A DNA stretch of 63,845 bases, filler included, from Reclinomonas americana ATCC 50394 (Eukaryota): NCBI GenBank assembly GCA_048213135.1. It is 8 parts of 6 records of this genome, joined end to end, with 100 filler letters (N's around TTAATTAATTAA, not from the genome) between each part and the next. Parts side by side here need not be neighbours in the genome. Positions count along the whole stretch, not along the records: positions 1 to 13,829 come from PS015619.1; 7 more parts are not named here. One strand, given 5' to 3'. Of this stretch, positions 1 through 13,512 are shown piece by piece; position 1 is the first letter of the stretch, and each line of letters begins with the position of its first letter. The position numbers and the translations under genes are program-made. Below the pieces are notes generated by a model. It saw only the letters and a list, made by a program, of their open reading frames with translations, searched no databases and was not told the origin of the DNA.

Positions 1-2107
1 GTGTGTGCATGGAGTGAGCAATTCACAAACGACATTGGCTGCAGACACAATACTATACACGTAACCATACAGAGTAAAGTTGGCCTCGGTGTAGAGGTCG
101 GACGACACAGACGCGCGTACACGAATGTACATGACAAATGGCAGCGGAGCGTCGAGGTTGGGCATGGAAGCCACCGCAATGACGCCAGTGGCTGGGTCGG
201 CAATCTTGAAGTAGCTGTTGTGGGTATCGAGAGTGCCTGCTTGCAAAGTGTACGAGACAGCGCGGCCGAGATTCAAGCGTGTGCTCGACAGCGTGCCCAC
301 AGAAGCATCGGTGGCGGCCGGCAGGAGAATCACCGGACTCGGTGGAGTCAGTTTTACCTCCAGCGGGGGATACAGCACTGTGCCGCAAGCAGTGAGTAAC
401 AGACTCCACAGAATTGGTGTCGAAGGCGAGCAAAGTGACGCACCCTCATCCACAGTGAACTGCGTCGACAGAGTGAGTTGCGGACGACCGGCGTCGACCA
501 CCTGGATTGTAAGTGTGACGGGCCCCACTGGCGGCGCCGAGCCAATCACCAGCTGCGAGGCGCCATTGATGCTGAACGCGTTTGGCAGACTCTGCGCCGT
601 GATGCTAAACGTGTAGGCGGCCGTGGTGTCGTCGGTGACGCGAATGGAGGCGACCACTGTGTTGGCCACACTCTGCGGCGGATACTGCAGCGTGCTCAGG
701 TCGATGCGGGTCGGGGCATTGTCGACTGCGTGAGTGTACGCACACAAATCGTGAGTTGTGAGACGCAGACGGTCGGCAAGTCGACGGTCACGCAACTGGC
801 AAACACAAATGTGCGATCGACAAACTGTTGAAAATAAAAAAAAAGGCGGCGAGGAGAGTGTGAGGGGACTGGGAAGTTTGAGAGTGACAGGGAGTTGAGC
901 GGAAGGGAGGGATTACCAGTCCAGCAGAATCCGTCACACGCGCACGCACGCTGAACTCGGAAAAGTAGGTGCCAACAGGAATGTCGGCGGCACCGACCTG
1001 GAGCTGGTTGCCGACAATGGCAAACAAGGCGGTGTGCGCAGCGTCCGTCATGCCCATGGTCACCAGCGAGAAAGTGAGGGTGTCAGTGGGGTTTGGATCG
1101 GTGGCGGCAAACGTGCCCACGGCGGTGTTTGCCAGAAGACCGCCTGTGCGAATGAGCAGCGGCGTCGCAGCAGGCGAAAAAGTGAACGTGTCCGGCGCCA
1201 TCTGCTTCTCCGACAGCACAATCGACGAGGTGGTTGAGGCACCGGCCGCATCGGTCACAGTGATCTGCAACGACTTGACGCCCTGGAGACTCATGGCGTT
1301 CACACGCAGCTCATTCCCGTTGGCCACCGTGAACGAGTCATTGTCGACAACCATCGGCGCCAGCGAAAACGAAAAGCGATCGTTGGGATCCGTGTCCACA
1401 GCGCGCAGACTGCCGACCAAATCACCGACCGCGGAATTCGGCACGTACGTGGCGGTCGACAAGACCACCCCGGTTGGTGCCTGATTCAGCACCACCTCGT
1501 ACCGCTCCTCCGTGAACTCGGCCAGCGTGTTGGTCACACGGACACGAAAGCGCAATGGAGACGGCGTGCCCGCCACCAAGTCCACAGCCAGCTGGTAAAA
1601 AGCACACGCATGAGATTGGCACGACAAAGAAGAGGAAGAGGACGCCATGGATGCATACCGTGACCGTGGCCACACCGAAAGCATCGGTCGCGGCGGTGAT
1701 TGTCAGCTTGGCATTGTCGGTGCTGCCGAGGCCGGCGACCAGAGTCAATGTCAGCGCAGTGGGTGGATCCACTGGATCCGTGGGTGCCAGCGATGCCACG
1801 ATCACTGGCTGCTCGACAATCATCAGAATCGGAGAAATGACAGTCAGACGACGATCACAACACAACGCAACTGTGGTCATAATGTCCGTCGGCAGTGAGA
1901 TCACGCCGGCGGTGAAGACCGATGCGTTAGGCGCTACACGCACACACGCAGTGAGCATCGAAATCCCCCATTCCTATTGCGTGACGATCAGACGCAACGA
2001 GCCGCCGCGACGCTCAGTGTGGTGAGCAGCAGCAGGAGCAAGCTTATTGCTGCTGTTGTTACTGTTGTTGTTGTGATCATTGATCTCCTCCTCGCTGGAA
2101 ACGACAT
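1..2107 (-). CDS. Secreted/surface protein with tandem cadherin-like repeats; multi-exon, runs off the window start
   Basis: Signal-like hydrophobic N-terminus (AAISLLLLLLTTLSVAAA). Exons join in phase at donors 1998, 1871, ~1657, ~915 and 796. Repeats carry cadherin hallmarks: NQAPT/DNAPT linkers, VGxLxAxDxDxxDxFxFxL, and F-x-I/V-x-G-N-x-L. Confidence 0.75.
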
Positions 2108-2749
2108 GCGTCGTCGCAGTGCGTTTGATGACATGCTCATTTTTGTCAGCGACTCCCCGTCCGATGCTCTCCCTCTCTGATTGTGAGATTGCTCGTCGTC
2201 GTCGTCGTTGTGTCTGAGGGACGCGCTGATCTCTCCTTCTCGCTCACTCTCTGTGACACACACACGCAACACAAAAACTGTGGCCACTAAAGAAAGGAAA
2301 GAGGGCGGAGAGCGAGTGTTGCTCGTCGCGAAAATGTATTGGTACGGGTATTCGGACACATTGCTCAGCGGGACTCGGGACGATGAGGATTTTTGTGGGC
2401 GAGAGGGAGCGAGGCAGCGGCTGGCAGTCAGAGGGGGATGCGACGAGGAATGGGAAGTGATGAGCGGGGTGGAGAAGTGCATCGGCGCACTGTCGGCCAT
2501 TCCACTGCAAGAAAAATGACAGATTTCGTTGGTTGCACCCCGCAGAGTGCTCCATAGATCTCCTCAGCGCAGCCACGGTGTAACGCAGAATGTGGTCAGT
2601 GATACGCTCAATCGCGACACCTGTGCGGGGACTTGCCACGTGCACGCGACGTCGACTTCGAGAATATTCACAACACACGAAGGAAGTGAGTGGTTTTGCA
2701 ATCGCACGCAGGTGATCGTGGACGTGAATCGCCCTCCCCACACTACCGC

Positions 2750-4989
2750 ATGAGGGGGAAGGTGTTTGCCAAGCTGCGAGTGTCCTGCTGCTCATTTCCG
2801 AACGCTCGCATGAGAGCGCCACTGCAGCTCTTGCTGCTCCTCCTCCTCCTCCTCTCGCCTCTCTTGTTCCTACATAGCTGCAGCACCTACTCTGCCGCAA
2901 ATGCTCTCGCACACAACAGTGAGCTGTGCGCGGCAGACAAGTGGGAGGGCGTGAGCACGTCGGCCTCTGGCGTGATGATGCGAGTGCCGGGTGAACCAGC
3001 ACCTGTGCCTCTCTACTTTGGCGACAAGACACCGTGCAATGCAGGTGGGTCTCTCTCACGCACACACGCACACACGCATGCATTCTCACACTCAATTTCG
3101 TTCATCAGCTGTGGCGTTTGCCGCCGATCGCAAGCTGAACGCCACCGAGGTAGCAGACATGGTTCTCGAGGCGCTTCTTGACCACAACAAACAGGCAAGC
3201 GATCTTTCCTCTCTCTCTCTCCTCCCCCTCTCCCTCCTCCTCTCTCATGCATCTGTCAACCGCAGGTGTTGAATCAGTGCCTGCGGGAACACGCTCGCCC
3301 TCCACCACCACTGTCGGCGACCACATCGCTCAGCGCAGGAGGCGGTCACTGCGAGCGAGAGAGTGCGTCATCCACCGGAGGCGACAGTGACAGTGCGGCT
3401 TGTGCGCCGGTGGACGCGCGGAGTGGGTGGATGAGCATGGTTCGGCAGGCGGGAGTCTCCGAGATCGTCGCCCGCGCTCCGGCGCTGCGAGCGGCGTGGC
3501 AAGCGCTGACCATGCAGAGGCATGTGCTGCGTTGGCGCGACTCGATCTCCGACTGGGTGCTCGAGCATCCGCAGTGCCTGGGCATTCAGGCGGTGGCCAG
3601 CGAGAATGGCGACAACCCACTGAAGACCCTGCACAACAAGTTGGAGAGGGTGTGGCGGCGGCTGCATGAGGACACTACACTTGGTGCGAGTGCAGAGGAG
3701 CGACAGGCCTTTGGCGTGCCATTAATCGTCGATGTCGGTGAGTGGTGTATTGCGTGATGTGCCGGCACTTCGATGCCTACTTTCTCGTGCAGGTGCGGGC
3801 GAGTACCGCGGGTCGCCGTGGAATCACGACTTGTCGGATGCCCTGTTCTTTGCGAATTCGTTTGCGGCGCACAACCCACGAGTGCTGGCGTTTGAGCCGA
3901 GTCACACAGCGTTCATCAATCTCCAGCGACAGGCTCGTCTGTTGCCGACCGGCCGCTTGTTGCCGCTGAAAGTCGCTCTCGGCAACGAAACGTACCACGC
4001 ACAGCCGCTATATGCCATGGTTCACTATGTTCTTGTCAACGCGTGTTGCGATCGTTTCTTTCCTCCCTCATCCTGTCCCATCTGTCGCAGCGCCGAGGCA
4101 GTGCAGGTCGTCTGTACAGGTGTGCATTCCTGGTGGTGTCTTTCTTGCCCTTTGCTTCGAATCACGTCGGCTCACGCATGTGCGGTGCGCGAGTGCAGTT
4201 TGCGCAAGCCCACGGAATTGGAGTGGCAAGTGGGCGCCGATCCCATGCCAGTCGACTACGTGCCAGTAACAACCCTCGATCACGTCATTACCGCAGACCC
4301 ACGCGTGCTGCCGCTCCTCGGTGGCGATGCACACAAGATTTTCTACGTCAAGGTCTGCTGCACGCGCGTGCGTCACTCCCAGTGCTTTTGCTGAGCCGCA
4401 CTGCTGCGCGCGTCACACAGATTGACACGGAAGGATGGGATGTGCACGTGGTCGAGGGCATGGAGTCGCTGATGGCCAGTGGCCGCGTCGACATGTTCTC
4501 GTTCGAGTACGGCATTTTCTGGAACGAAGGTGAGTTAAGGGATGGATAGATGGTATCTACGTGGTGGTGTCACCTGACCCGGTCAGTGGCGACCTGTAGT
4601 GTTCTCCGTGCTCTCCGCGCACGTGCCCAACTACCAGCCTCCCAAGGCCGTGGGTGCATTCCCGCAACCGACATTACGCTCATTCGTCAGGTGGCTCGAT
4701 GAGCGCGGTTTCGACACTCATCTGGTGGCCTCCGGATTGTGTGTACCACTGACTGGCATGTGGTGGCAGGTGAGTGATGAATGTGTGGTGGCAGCAGTGC
4801 GCACAGCGAGCTGACGTCGTGCCGCAGGATCAATACGAGATTTGCAGTGTGGCTCCAATTACAGGCAAGCGTTTTGATCAACACTGGTGCGTGATGGATA
4901 TGCTGGCCCTTCGACGTGGAAGCGCACTGTGGAGACCCGTGCTCGACGAGTGCAACTACGGGCGACTGCAATGGCACGTCGATATGTAA
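2750..4989 (+). CDS. FkbM-family (Methyltransf_21) SAM-dependent methyltransferase with N-terminal membrane anchor; ~9 exons
   Basis: Spliced product contains IVDVGAG (motif I), VLAFEP, VALGN, VTTLD, YVKIDTEGWD and FSFEYG. One intron is GC-AG (3195-3265). Confidence 0.85.
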
Positions 4990-5295
4990 TCATGAGAATG
5001 TGGCTTATATTTTTCCTTACATTTTACACGCCGGGAAGAGAGAGGCGGGGAGATTAAGAAGTGGGGCGACGATTGGAGAGATGACCGGCATTGCCGGCTC
5101 GCATAGCAGGGGTATTACACGAGGGAGGGAGGGAGAGAGAGAGAGAGAGAGAAACACACATATCGGTAGATTGATTGGATAGAGAGGATGCCGGTTGGGA
5201 ACACTCACTCGCAGAACCACCGCAATCACGGAAGATGACACATTAACGGTGTCTCCGACGCTCGCAAATATCTGGTACGCGCGCGTAGGCATCAA

Positions 5296-6658
5296 TCACC
5301 GCATCTCGTGGTGAAGGCGGCGGAAGAATACCAAATCCATCAGTGCCAGCACCGAGGTGTCGTGCGCGTCGCGCACAGAAATACCCGGCTGCGGCGACGC
5401 ACCCAACGGCGGCAGCAGCATCTGCGACTGTGGAAGTTGACGCACGTGCTGTGACTGTGCTTGCTGTTGCTGTTGTTGTTGCAGTAGCAGTAGTTGCTGC
5501 TGCTGTTGTTGTTGTTGTTGTAGTTGTAGTTGCTGACTCGCCAAGCGTGTGGCCACCGGAGAAGAGAGCAGCAGCGTTGAATCCGCGGCTGTCGCCGACG
5601 GCATCGGTAGTGAGGCGAGCATCGGCGGCATCGACGGTCTGGTGGTGACCGATGAAACAGCCGGTACTACGACACGTTGCATCGTAGGTGACAAGCCAGT
5701 GGGTACGGTGGTCGTGGTGCTGGTGCTGCTGGCCATCATCATAGCCGGAGTCAGCATCGAAGCGCCGCCGCTGCGACTTATGAATGCCGACGACGGCGAC
5801 CGTGACGAGGAGCTGACCAGGCTGGCACGCCGCGCCTGTGATGGTGAGTCCTCGCCCTCGGGCCTGTCATCGTCGGACGCAGAGTCCGACGGTCCATACG
5901 GGTGATGCCGATCCGACGCAGCAACACCCGGCGACCGACGTCGACCGCCCATCACCGCCGCAGAATACGCCCGCCGTCCTCGCTTGCCTTTTGGCGGCGA
6001 GTCCTGGCCATAAGTCTGCGATAGCAACAACAGCGCAATCAGTTGTCCGACCACAATGCAGTGATGATGCTGGCTGGTTTCACACATACCGGTGAGTCGG
6101 GAGCGTCATCGACACCCGAGCCTGGTGTCTTGGCTTTCCGTCGTCGGTTCTCGAACCACACCCTGCGACGCCGCAATACTATACTGTGAGGCTCGCAGAA
6201 ACAACTGCAACGTAAACAAAGTGCACACGCAACGTTACACTCGTCAGAGTGCGTCCGAATGCCGCGGCAATCTCCTCCTTCTCGTGCCTTGTGGGGAACG
6301 AGTTGGTCTTGTACATGGTCTCCAGAATGTGCAGCTAGCAGCAGCAGCAGGGCCATCAGACACAATGGCTAACACGCGCAGTCTCAAAAAAATGAATTCT
6401 TGCACAAACCTGCTCTGGCGTGTACTTTTTGTACGAGCGCGACTTGTGCTGCTGCGAGCGCGCCTGTATGCTCTGCACAAGCGACGCCGCAGTGGCAGAC
6501 AGAGCCGCTGCCGTGGACAACGTGGACGATGATGAGGGTGAGGAAGGCATGGTACCAATCGCGACGGGAGGCGCCACAATGCGCATCAAGGACGGCGGCT
6601 GTTGGTGAACAGGAAAATCGGTGTTGCGATTGCCACTTGGCTGCTGGTCCATCAGCAT
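5296..6658 (-). CDS. Homeodomain transcription factor with S/Q-rich regions; exons 6658-6410, 6334-6234, 6162-~6089, 6015-5296
   Basis: Spliced homeodomain reads KSRSYKKYTPEQLHILETMYKTNSFPTRHEKEEIAAAFGRTLTSVTVWFENRRRKAKTPG, with the WFxNRR helix 3. A polyQ tract lies downstream. Confidence 0.85.
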
Positions 6659-9091
6659 TGTCTGACACACGCGGTATGGGCGGCAAGGAGCAAGAGAGAA
6701 CAAGAGCTTTCTGGACACCAGCATACACAAAGTGAGCTGATATTGTTGACAAAAAGACAAGATCGCGCGTTGCTTCTGCTCACGCACCAAGCGCACCAAT
6801 AAGTGATGAGAGAGGCGAGACAGAGAGACAGAGAGAGGGTTGAATGAGAACAATGAGAACCGAGAGTGGCAAGCATGATCAATTTTTGTTTTCTCTCCAA
6901 CAGGCAGGCATGCACCAAGCGCACCAATAAGCAGCGGCACATGTAACAAGCAAGCAGCACCACACAAGATGCTTGAGGGACGACGCGAGAGAGAGAGAGA
7001 GAGAAAAAGAGGACAAAAAAAGTTGTAGTATTCCCCTTGCGCCGGTATGACTGTGTGCACGTGGTGCGCTCTGCTCGCACACACGAAGAGCTTTCTTTCT
7101 GCATCACTGTCAACACAAAAAAAGAGGCAATAAAAAAGGAAAACACAATGCACTTTCGCTGTGTGTGTATATAATGCGCGTGTGTTTGTGTGTGTGCAAG
7201 ACAGGAGAGTGTGCGAGAATGTTCGAGTTCAGTGCACCAGTGTGACTGGAAATGCTGCAGAAGACTGAAAGAAAAGGAGTACTTATTTTTTGTGTCTCAC
7301 CTTCAACACACACACATGTGGGTGAGAAGAGGCGACGTGCACATGACAGGTGGAGAGACAGCGAGAGAGCGGGGGGGAATGTGAACAAGAATCAATCATT
7401 ATTTGTGGCAAGAGGGAAAACGGTCTCGTCCCTCTCTCTCTTCTCCCCCCTTCCGTGTGTGTGTCTCTCTCTCCTGCTCGTGCATATGTGTGTCTCTTTG
7501 TGTACAATACGTGAGGGATGTTCACCTGTGTTCCGCGTGCGTCCCCGTGTGTTCTTCGCTCCTGTGACAAAGAAAGAAAAACAACAACCAGTGTTGTGCT
7601 GGAAGGGCACTCCGGCTCCGTATCCCCGTATGGTAGGGATCCTGACAATTCGCCATTGGCCGTTTTCGTACACACACGCGATGCCGTCTTTTCTCTCGCA
7701 CACCCGCGCCATGACAGGCTCCGGTTCTCGTGCTTTCCCTCTTTTTTGCGAGTATGGTCTTTCCACACGTGGCGTGTGTACTGCGCGGTGCTACATCGTC
7801 ATCGGAAGGGCGCATTGGATTCCTTGCAATATGATTGTTGGCGATACTGCAGCCTTCGGGCGCGCTATGTTTGCTGCCTTTGGCGTGCCCCGCTTGCTCG
7901 GGATGTCCGGAAGGGGTGTGTCATACCACTGCAGAAGAAGAGCAGACGCCCATCGATACTATACGATCGCTCCGAGAGGTCGCATGTTCACTCGGCGAGC
8001 GATAACCAAACACGGCAACGTACATGTAACAAGAGCCCGCGCAGCACGCCTTCACTCACGCCTTCACTCTTCCAGCAGGCCACCGCCCCACACCGCTTCC
8101 TCCCCACCAAAAACCCCCCCTCTCTCTCCCTTCCTCCGCTGCACAGACCCCCGGNNNNNNNNNNNNNNNNNNNNNNNNNNNNNNNNNNNNNNNNNNNNNN
8201 NNNNNNNNNNNNNNNNNNNNNNNNNNNNNNNNNNNNNNNNNNNNNNNNNNNNNNNNNNNNNNNNNNNNNNNNNNNNNNNNNNNNNNNNNNNNNNNNNNNN
8301 NNNNNNNNNNNNNNNNNNNNNNNNNNNNNNNNNNNNNNNNNNNNNNNNNNNNNNNNNNNNNNNNNNNNNNNNNNNNNNNNNNNNNNNNNNNNNNNNNNNN
8401 NNNNNNNNNNNNNNNNNNNNNNNNNNNNNNNNNNNNNNNNNNNNNNNNNNNNNNNNNNNNNNNNNNNNNNNNNNNNNNNNNNNNNNNNNNNNNNNNNNNN
8501 NNNNNNNNNNNNNNNNNNNNNNNNNNNNNNNNNNNNNNNNNNNNNNNNNNNNNNNNNNNNNNNNNNNNNNNNNNNNNNNNNNNNNNNNNNNNNNNNNNNN
8601 NNNNNNNNNNNNNNNNNNNNNNNNNNNNNNNNNNNNNNNNNNNNNNNNNNNNNNNNNNNNNNNNNNNNNNNNNNNNNNNNNNNNNNNNNNNNNNNNNNNN
8701 NNNNNNNNNNNNNNNNNNNNNNNNNNNNNNNNNNNNNNNNNNNNNNNNNNNNNNNNNNNNNNNNNNNNNNNNNNNNNNNNNNNNNNNNNNNNNNNNNNNN
8801 NNNNNNNNNNNNNNNNNNNNNNNNNNNNNNNNNNNNNNNNNNNNNNNNNNNNNNNNNNNNNNNNNNNNNNNNNNNNNNNNNNNNNNNNNCAACAATATGC
8901 GAAAAAACACACACATTGCTGGCCGCCAGCACACACACGGCGAATCAAAAAAACCGATAAAGAAGACAAAGAGAGAACGCCTCCCTCTCTGGGAGGGGGG
9001 AGTAGTTGGAAGTGGAGGCAGCAGGGTGGCAGCCACAGAAACAGCGAGTGGCAATCATGTCAGCTCACGTCATCGTTGTCCACAAAACAGT

Positions 9092-11051
9092 TTAGAGGGC
9101 GGCCTTCAGGGCAAACTTGCGCTGCGGCAGCACCGTCGCCTTCTTCTGCTGCTTGAACGACTGGGTCTTGATGTGCGCCGACAAGAACACCCTGTTTTTC
9201 AGCGAGGGCAAAGGGGAAAAGAGGAAANNNNNNNNNNNNNNNNNNNNNNNNNNNNNNNNNNNNNNNNNNNNNNNNNNNNNNNNNNNNNNNNNNNNNNNNN
9301 NNNNNNNNNNNNNNNNNNNNNNNNNNNNNNNNNNNNNNNNNNNNNNNNNNNNNNNNNNNNNNNNNNNNNNNNNNNNNNNNNNNNNAAAAACAGTCAGCGA
9401 TTTGCAGACAATCAACACAAAGATACGGACGACACAGCGCTGTATCCTGCTTCCTCGCTGCACACTGTTTTTATGTGTGCTACAATCTCACTCACTCACT
9501 CACTTGCAGCACAGAAAACAAATGTCCCGATCAACGCACACACTTCATGAAGGCGCTTTTCCAAGAGTGGAAAAAGCTCCCAATCGACACCATTAAAAAA
9601 AAGGAGCAACAAGAGAGAGAACACGCACACACACAATACATGGCCACGTACACAGGCATACACGCACGCGCGCAGCTTCCCCCACGGAACACAGATGCCC
9701 AGAAAAGGAGCCTAGTAGATTGCTCGACGCGCAGTATGCAAGAGAGAGGACGGTGCGGTGGGGAATGACCAGAAAAGGAGAACCGAACACCGGCATTATT
9801 CGCATGCGCGCGCAAGAGACTTTTGTGTGTTGTTGTCCAGAAAGCAAAGAAAAAGTGGGGGTGTCGCGACGCAGAATACAGAGTTTGTCACGAAAATCAG
9901 GAGGGAGTATGGGCATGTGCAGCGTGGAAACAGGGACGGAAAAAGAAGAAGAAAAAGGGCAGAAAGTGTGCGTGTGTATTTGACGAGAATGGGAGGAAAA
10001 AAGAAACGACCGAAAGAGACCCAATAAAGTATCTCTTTGCAACAGCCAACTGCAGCAAAAAAGCAATACGCGTTACCGGCTCGGCGGCGGAAGGAGTAGG
10101 GTGGAAGAGAAAGAAAGAGAGAGCGGGTGCTCGGATACGAAACGCACGCGAGACACGCGAGCGGGGAGAAAATAAAGATGCTTGCATCAAACGACAAATC
10201 CCCGCAAGAGTGAGAAAACCAAGGCGATACCCGCACGCACACACTCACTCACACACACCCGTGGCAGAGACACAGCCAGCGAGGGAACAGGGGGAGACGA
10301 GCGAAAAGTAGTGGTGAAACCAGAGGCGGCAAGGTGAAAAACAGCACGGGGGAAAACATGTCCCACCACAAAACAACAACGGGGCACACACACAAGAAGA
10401 GGTGGCAGGAGAGGAGTAGGAACAGAGGGAGACAAGCAGATCAGGGGTTGCATGCAAACCGCAGGGGAGGAGATAGAGAGAAAAGGGCAACCAGCACGGA
10501 AACATGTCCCCCTACACACACAAGAGAGAAAAGTACTTCCAGCACGCATTGTAGCGCAGGGGTACGCGCAGCAGGACTAGCACACTGCACCGCATCAGTA
10601 GTAGGAGGTCAAGAGAAGAGTTGACAGCAGGGAGAGAAAAAGGGAGAGACAGCGACTGTCATTTCCGCGTGTGCATATTCGACAAAAGCGAATGGTCGAC
10701 GCATGCAGATATCGAGCGAGGACGCAGAGAAGCGAGAGGAAGAGAGAGACGCAGAGGAGCGATCGCACTCTCTTCTGTCTGTCTTCTCTCTCTGGAAGCA
10801 GGAGATCATCGGCGAGAGGAAGACGATAGAATACGACAACCCGTGCAGTGAGAGACACTCTCATCGAGGCAACAAAGACACAGAGCGGCGGGTTAGCGAG
10901 AGAGAGGAATAATGATTGATCTTCACGCATGCGAGGAAACAGGAAACAGCCAGCGAGAATCGTTAATGTCGTGCAGAGGACACGTGTGCCGTGATGCTAC
11001 ATAAGAGAGAGAGGAGGGAGAGGGAGGGGGAGAGGGAGGGAGGGAGGGAGG

Positions 11052-11130
<79 letters not shown>

Positions 11131-13512
11131 AGCGGACGTTCGGGCGAAGGAGACTGCTGTGACTGGAGCGAAGTCAGAGAGAGTGAGAAAGAGATCGCAG
11201 CACAAGAGGCGACATTTAGAAAGCAAAACACCGAGGGCGGAGAGAGAGAGAGCATGCACCTCGCAATGTACGAGCGATGTCACGACAATGGCATACGAGA
11301 ACAGTGGAGTAGTACCGCAGCAGTTCAAGAACAAGCAGCAAAGATGAGACGTGGGTACAGAAGTGATGCGACGAAGGGAGAGCATAGAAGTGCACGTACA
11401 GAAGCACTTGAGATGGTAAGGCAGGATCTTGAAGGCACAACGGTGCAAACCAAGACAGCACAGCCTCGAGCACAGCAACAGAAGACAACACACGATGGTA
11501 ACAATCAACGATGCACTCTATTTTGCAAGAGATCACAAATCACACAGACAGAAAATGCTCAAGAGCACGGGAATCAATGACAAGAGTAGTGCAGTTGACC
11601 ATCGCAAAGCAGTGAAACGAGAACACGCCATCAAACTACTGCGCAGCAGCGGCGATCACGTGAACGACAGTGGGACAGCACGAGCTGCGAGCGAGATGAG
11701 GCAACACACAAAGAGACACGAGAGAACAAAGACTCACGACTGATCCACATGAAACAAGAATGCAAGCACACAGACAATACGACAGGAGAGAGCAAGAGGT
11801 CTGCGACAACCATCGGCGCAGATGACAAGAGATCGAAACGAAGCAAGAGCACAGGCACGAAAACCAGACGATACGAGCGAGAAGGTGACTCGTGACTGCA
11901 GACAGTCGAGCATCGGCACGAATACGCATGAAACGCAGGCACACGAGACAGCAGATAGTTGGTGACAGGCAGCGAGCGAGCATACTCTCGAGCAACGAGC
12001 GAAGCGAGAAGACGACACGAGAGAGCAGATGGACGGTGACAGCACAAGCAACGAATGCACAGCGATGAGGAAACAGACTGTTGTTGAGAGCACGTGGTAT
12101 AGCGAGTGATGAGAGAGGCAAGAGAACAGCGACATGACGGACAGCGAGTCACACAGATAACCAGGAACGATCAAAGAACGCAACCACGAAGCATACAAGA
12201 TAACACGAGGGAGTAGGTCGGTATTGAGAACAGCGATCGGGAAGCATGAGCAAGAAAAGCAAAGGGAAAGAGAAACTGACTGCTGTTGAGAGAAAGTCGT
12301 GCAAATAACGACAGACGAAAAGAAGAAGCAAGCAAACAGCAACGCGGCAGAGCATATCGTTGGTGACGGACAGTGAGTCACACACGATCAAAGAACGCAA
12401 TCACGAAGCCACACACGAATACAGAAGAGACCAGCTAGCTGCAGAGAACAGCGATCGTGAAGCTACACAGCGATGAGGAAGCAGACACTTGATGTGAGCA
12501 GATCGTGTCAATTCCAAGTGACGAAGTGAAGCCAGCGAACAGCAACACGAGAGAGCGCATTGTCGGTGAAGGGAGCAAAAGTAACGAATGCACAGCAATA
12601 GAAAAGACGCTATTGATGAGAGAGCACAAGAGTCGAGCACATCGTTGGGGATTACAAAGAAGCAGCGAACACACTGACACACACATCTATACATGGGCGA
12701 TCGAGCATTCTCCACGCTGCTACGCACGCTGCGCCTGTCGACTCACTCTTTCTCTCTCTCTAATCATCCTGTTCTCTGCCTTCTCAATCTCCTTCTCCTT
12801 CTCCTTGCTGCCGACAACGAAACTTGCGACGAATGGCACGAGTGCGCTTCACACGGAGATCCAACGGCAGCTGGCTCTTGCCGGCAAACGCCTTGCGTGT
12901 GTTGCTGCGGCGCTTGGCATTCAACACCGTCAACACGCGAGCAATGTTCTTGCGCACAGACGAGCTGCGATGCACAAACACACAAAGTCAACAACACTGT
13001 TCCATCGCCCGTCCTCCTCCTCCTTCTCCTCCTGCTGCTTCTGCTGGCACGCAACATCTTGCCGAGCTTGGAGGCACCACCGCTGGTCACTTGCGCGACG
13101 CGCAGTTGTGCGAGCTCCTGCTTGAGCTCGGAAAGCTGGCGCTGCAGCTCCTCAGGTGACTTCTCGCGGAGCGAGTACGCAGAGATCTTGGCTGTGTGGG
13201 CGTGCGCGCGTGTGTGTGTGTGAGTGACATGACATGTGCGCGCGAGTCATGGCCAACAACAACAACAACTACTATCGCAGCAGAAGCAGAAGCACACAAA
13301 AAGACGAGTCCTCTCTTTGCTCTCTCACCGAGTGCACGCGATGCGCGGGATCACAACACACTCGTACGTGAGCGTGCGTGTGTGTGGGCGCACATGCATG
13401 CACATCAGACGCACTCTCTCTCTCTCAGCCTGCCCCGCCCCAATCCGTCTCTGTTTTTTTCGTTCACGCGCAGCACGATGCTCCCTGTCCCTGTGTACCC
13501 TACGCAACTCAT
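9092..13512 (-). CDS. RPL35: 60S ribosomal protein L35 (uL29); 4 exons, last intron ~3.6 kb
   Basis: Spliced product: [62 protein letters not shown]...[48 protein letters not shown]. Donors at 13508, 13055 and 12823. Confidence 0.93.
11300..12720. repeat. Degenerate purine-rich tandem repeats inside the last RPL35 intron
   Basis: Recurring blocks such as cacagcgatgaggaa, gacggacag(c/t)gagtcacaca, gatcaaagaacgcaa(c/t)cacgaagc and gagaacagcgatcg. A (GA)n tract lies at ~11058-11123. Confidence 0.7.

Noticed and set aside
7252..9156. Long ORFs in the track spanning N runs or microsatellites (also 33770-35997 and 60044-61906)
   Set aside because: Artefacts of translating through gaps and low-complexity intron sequence.
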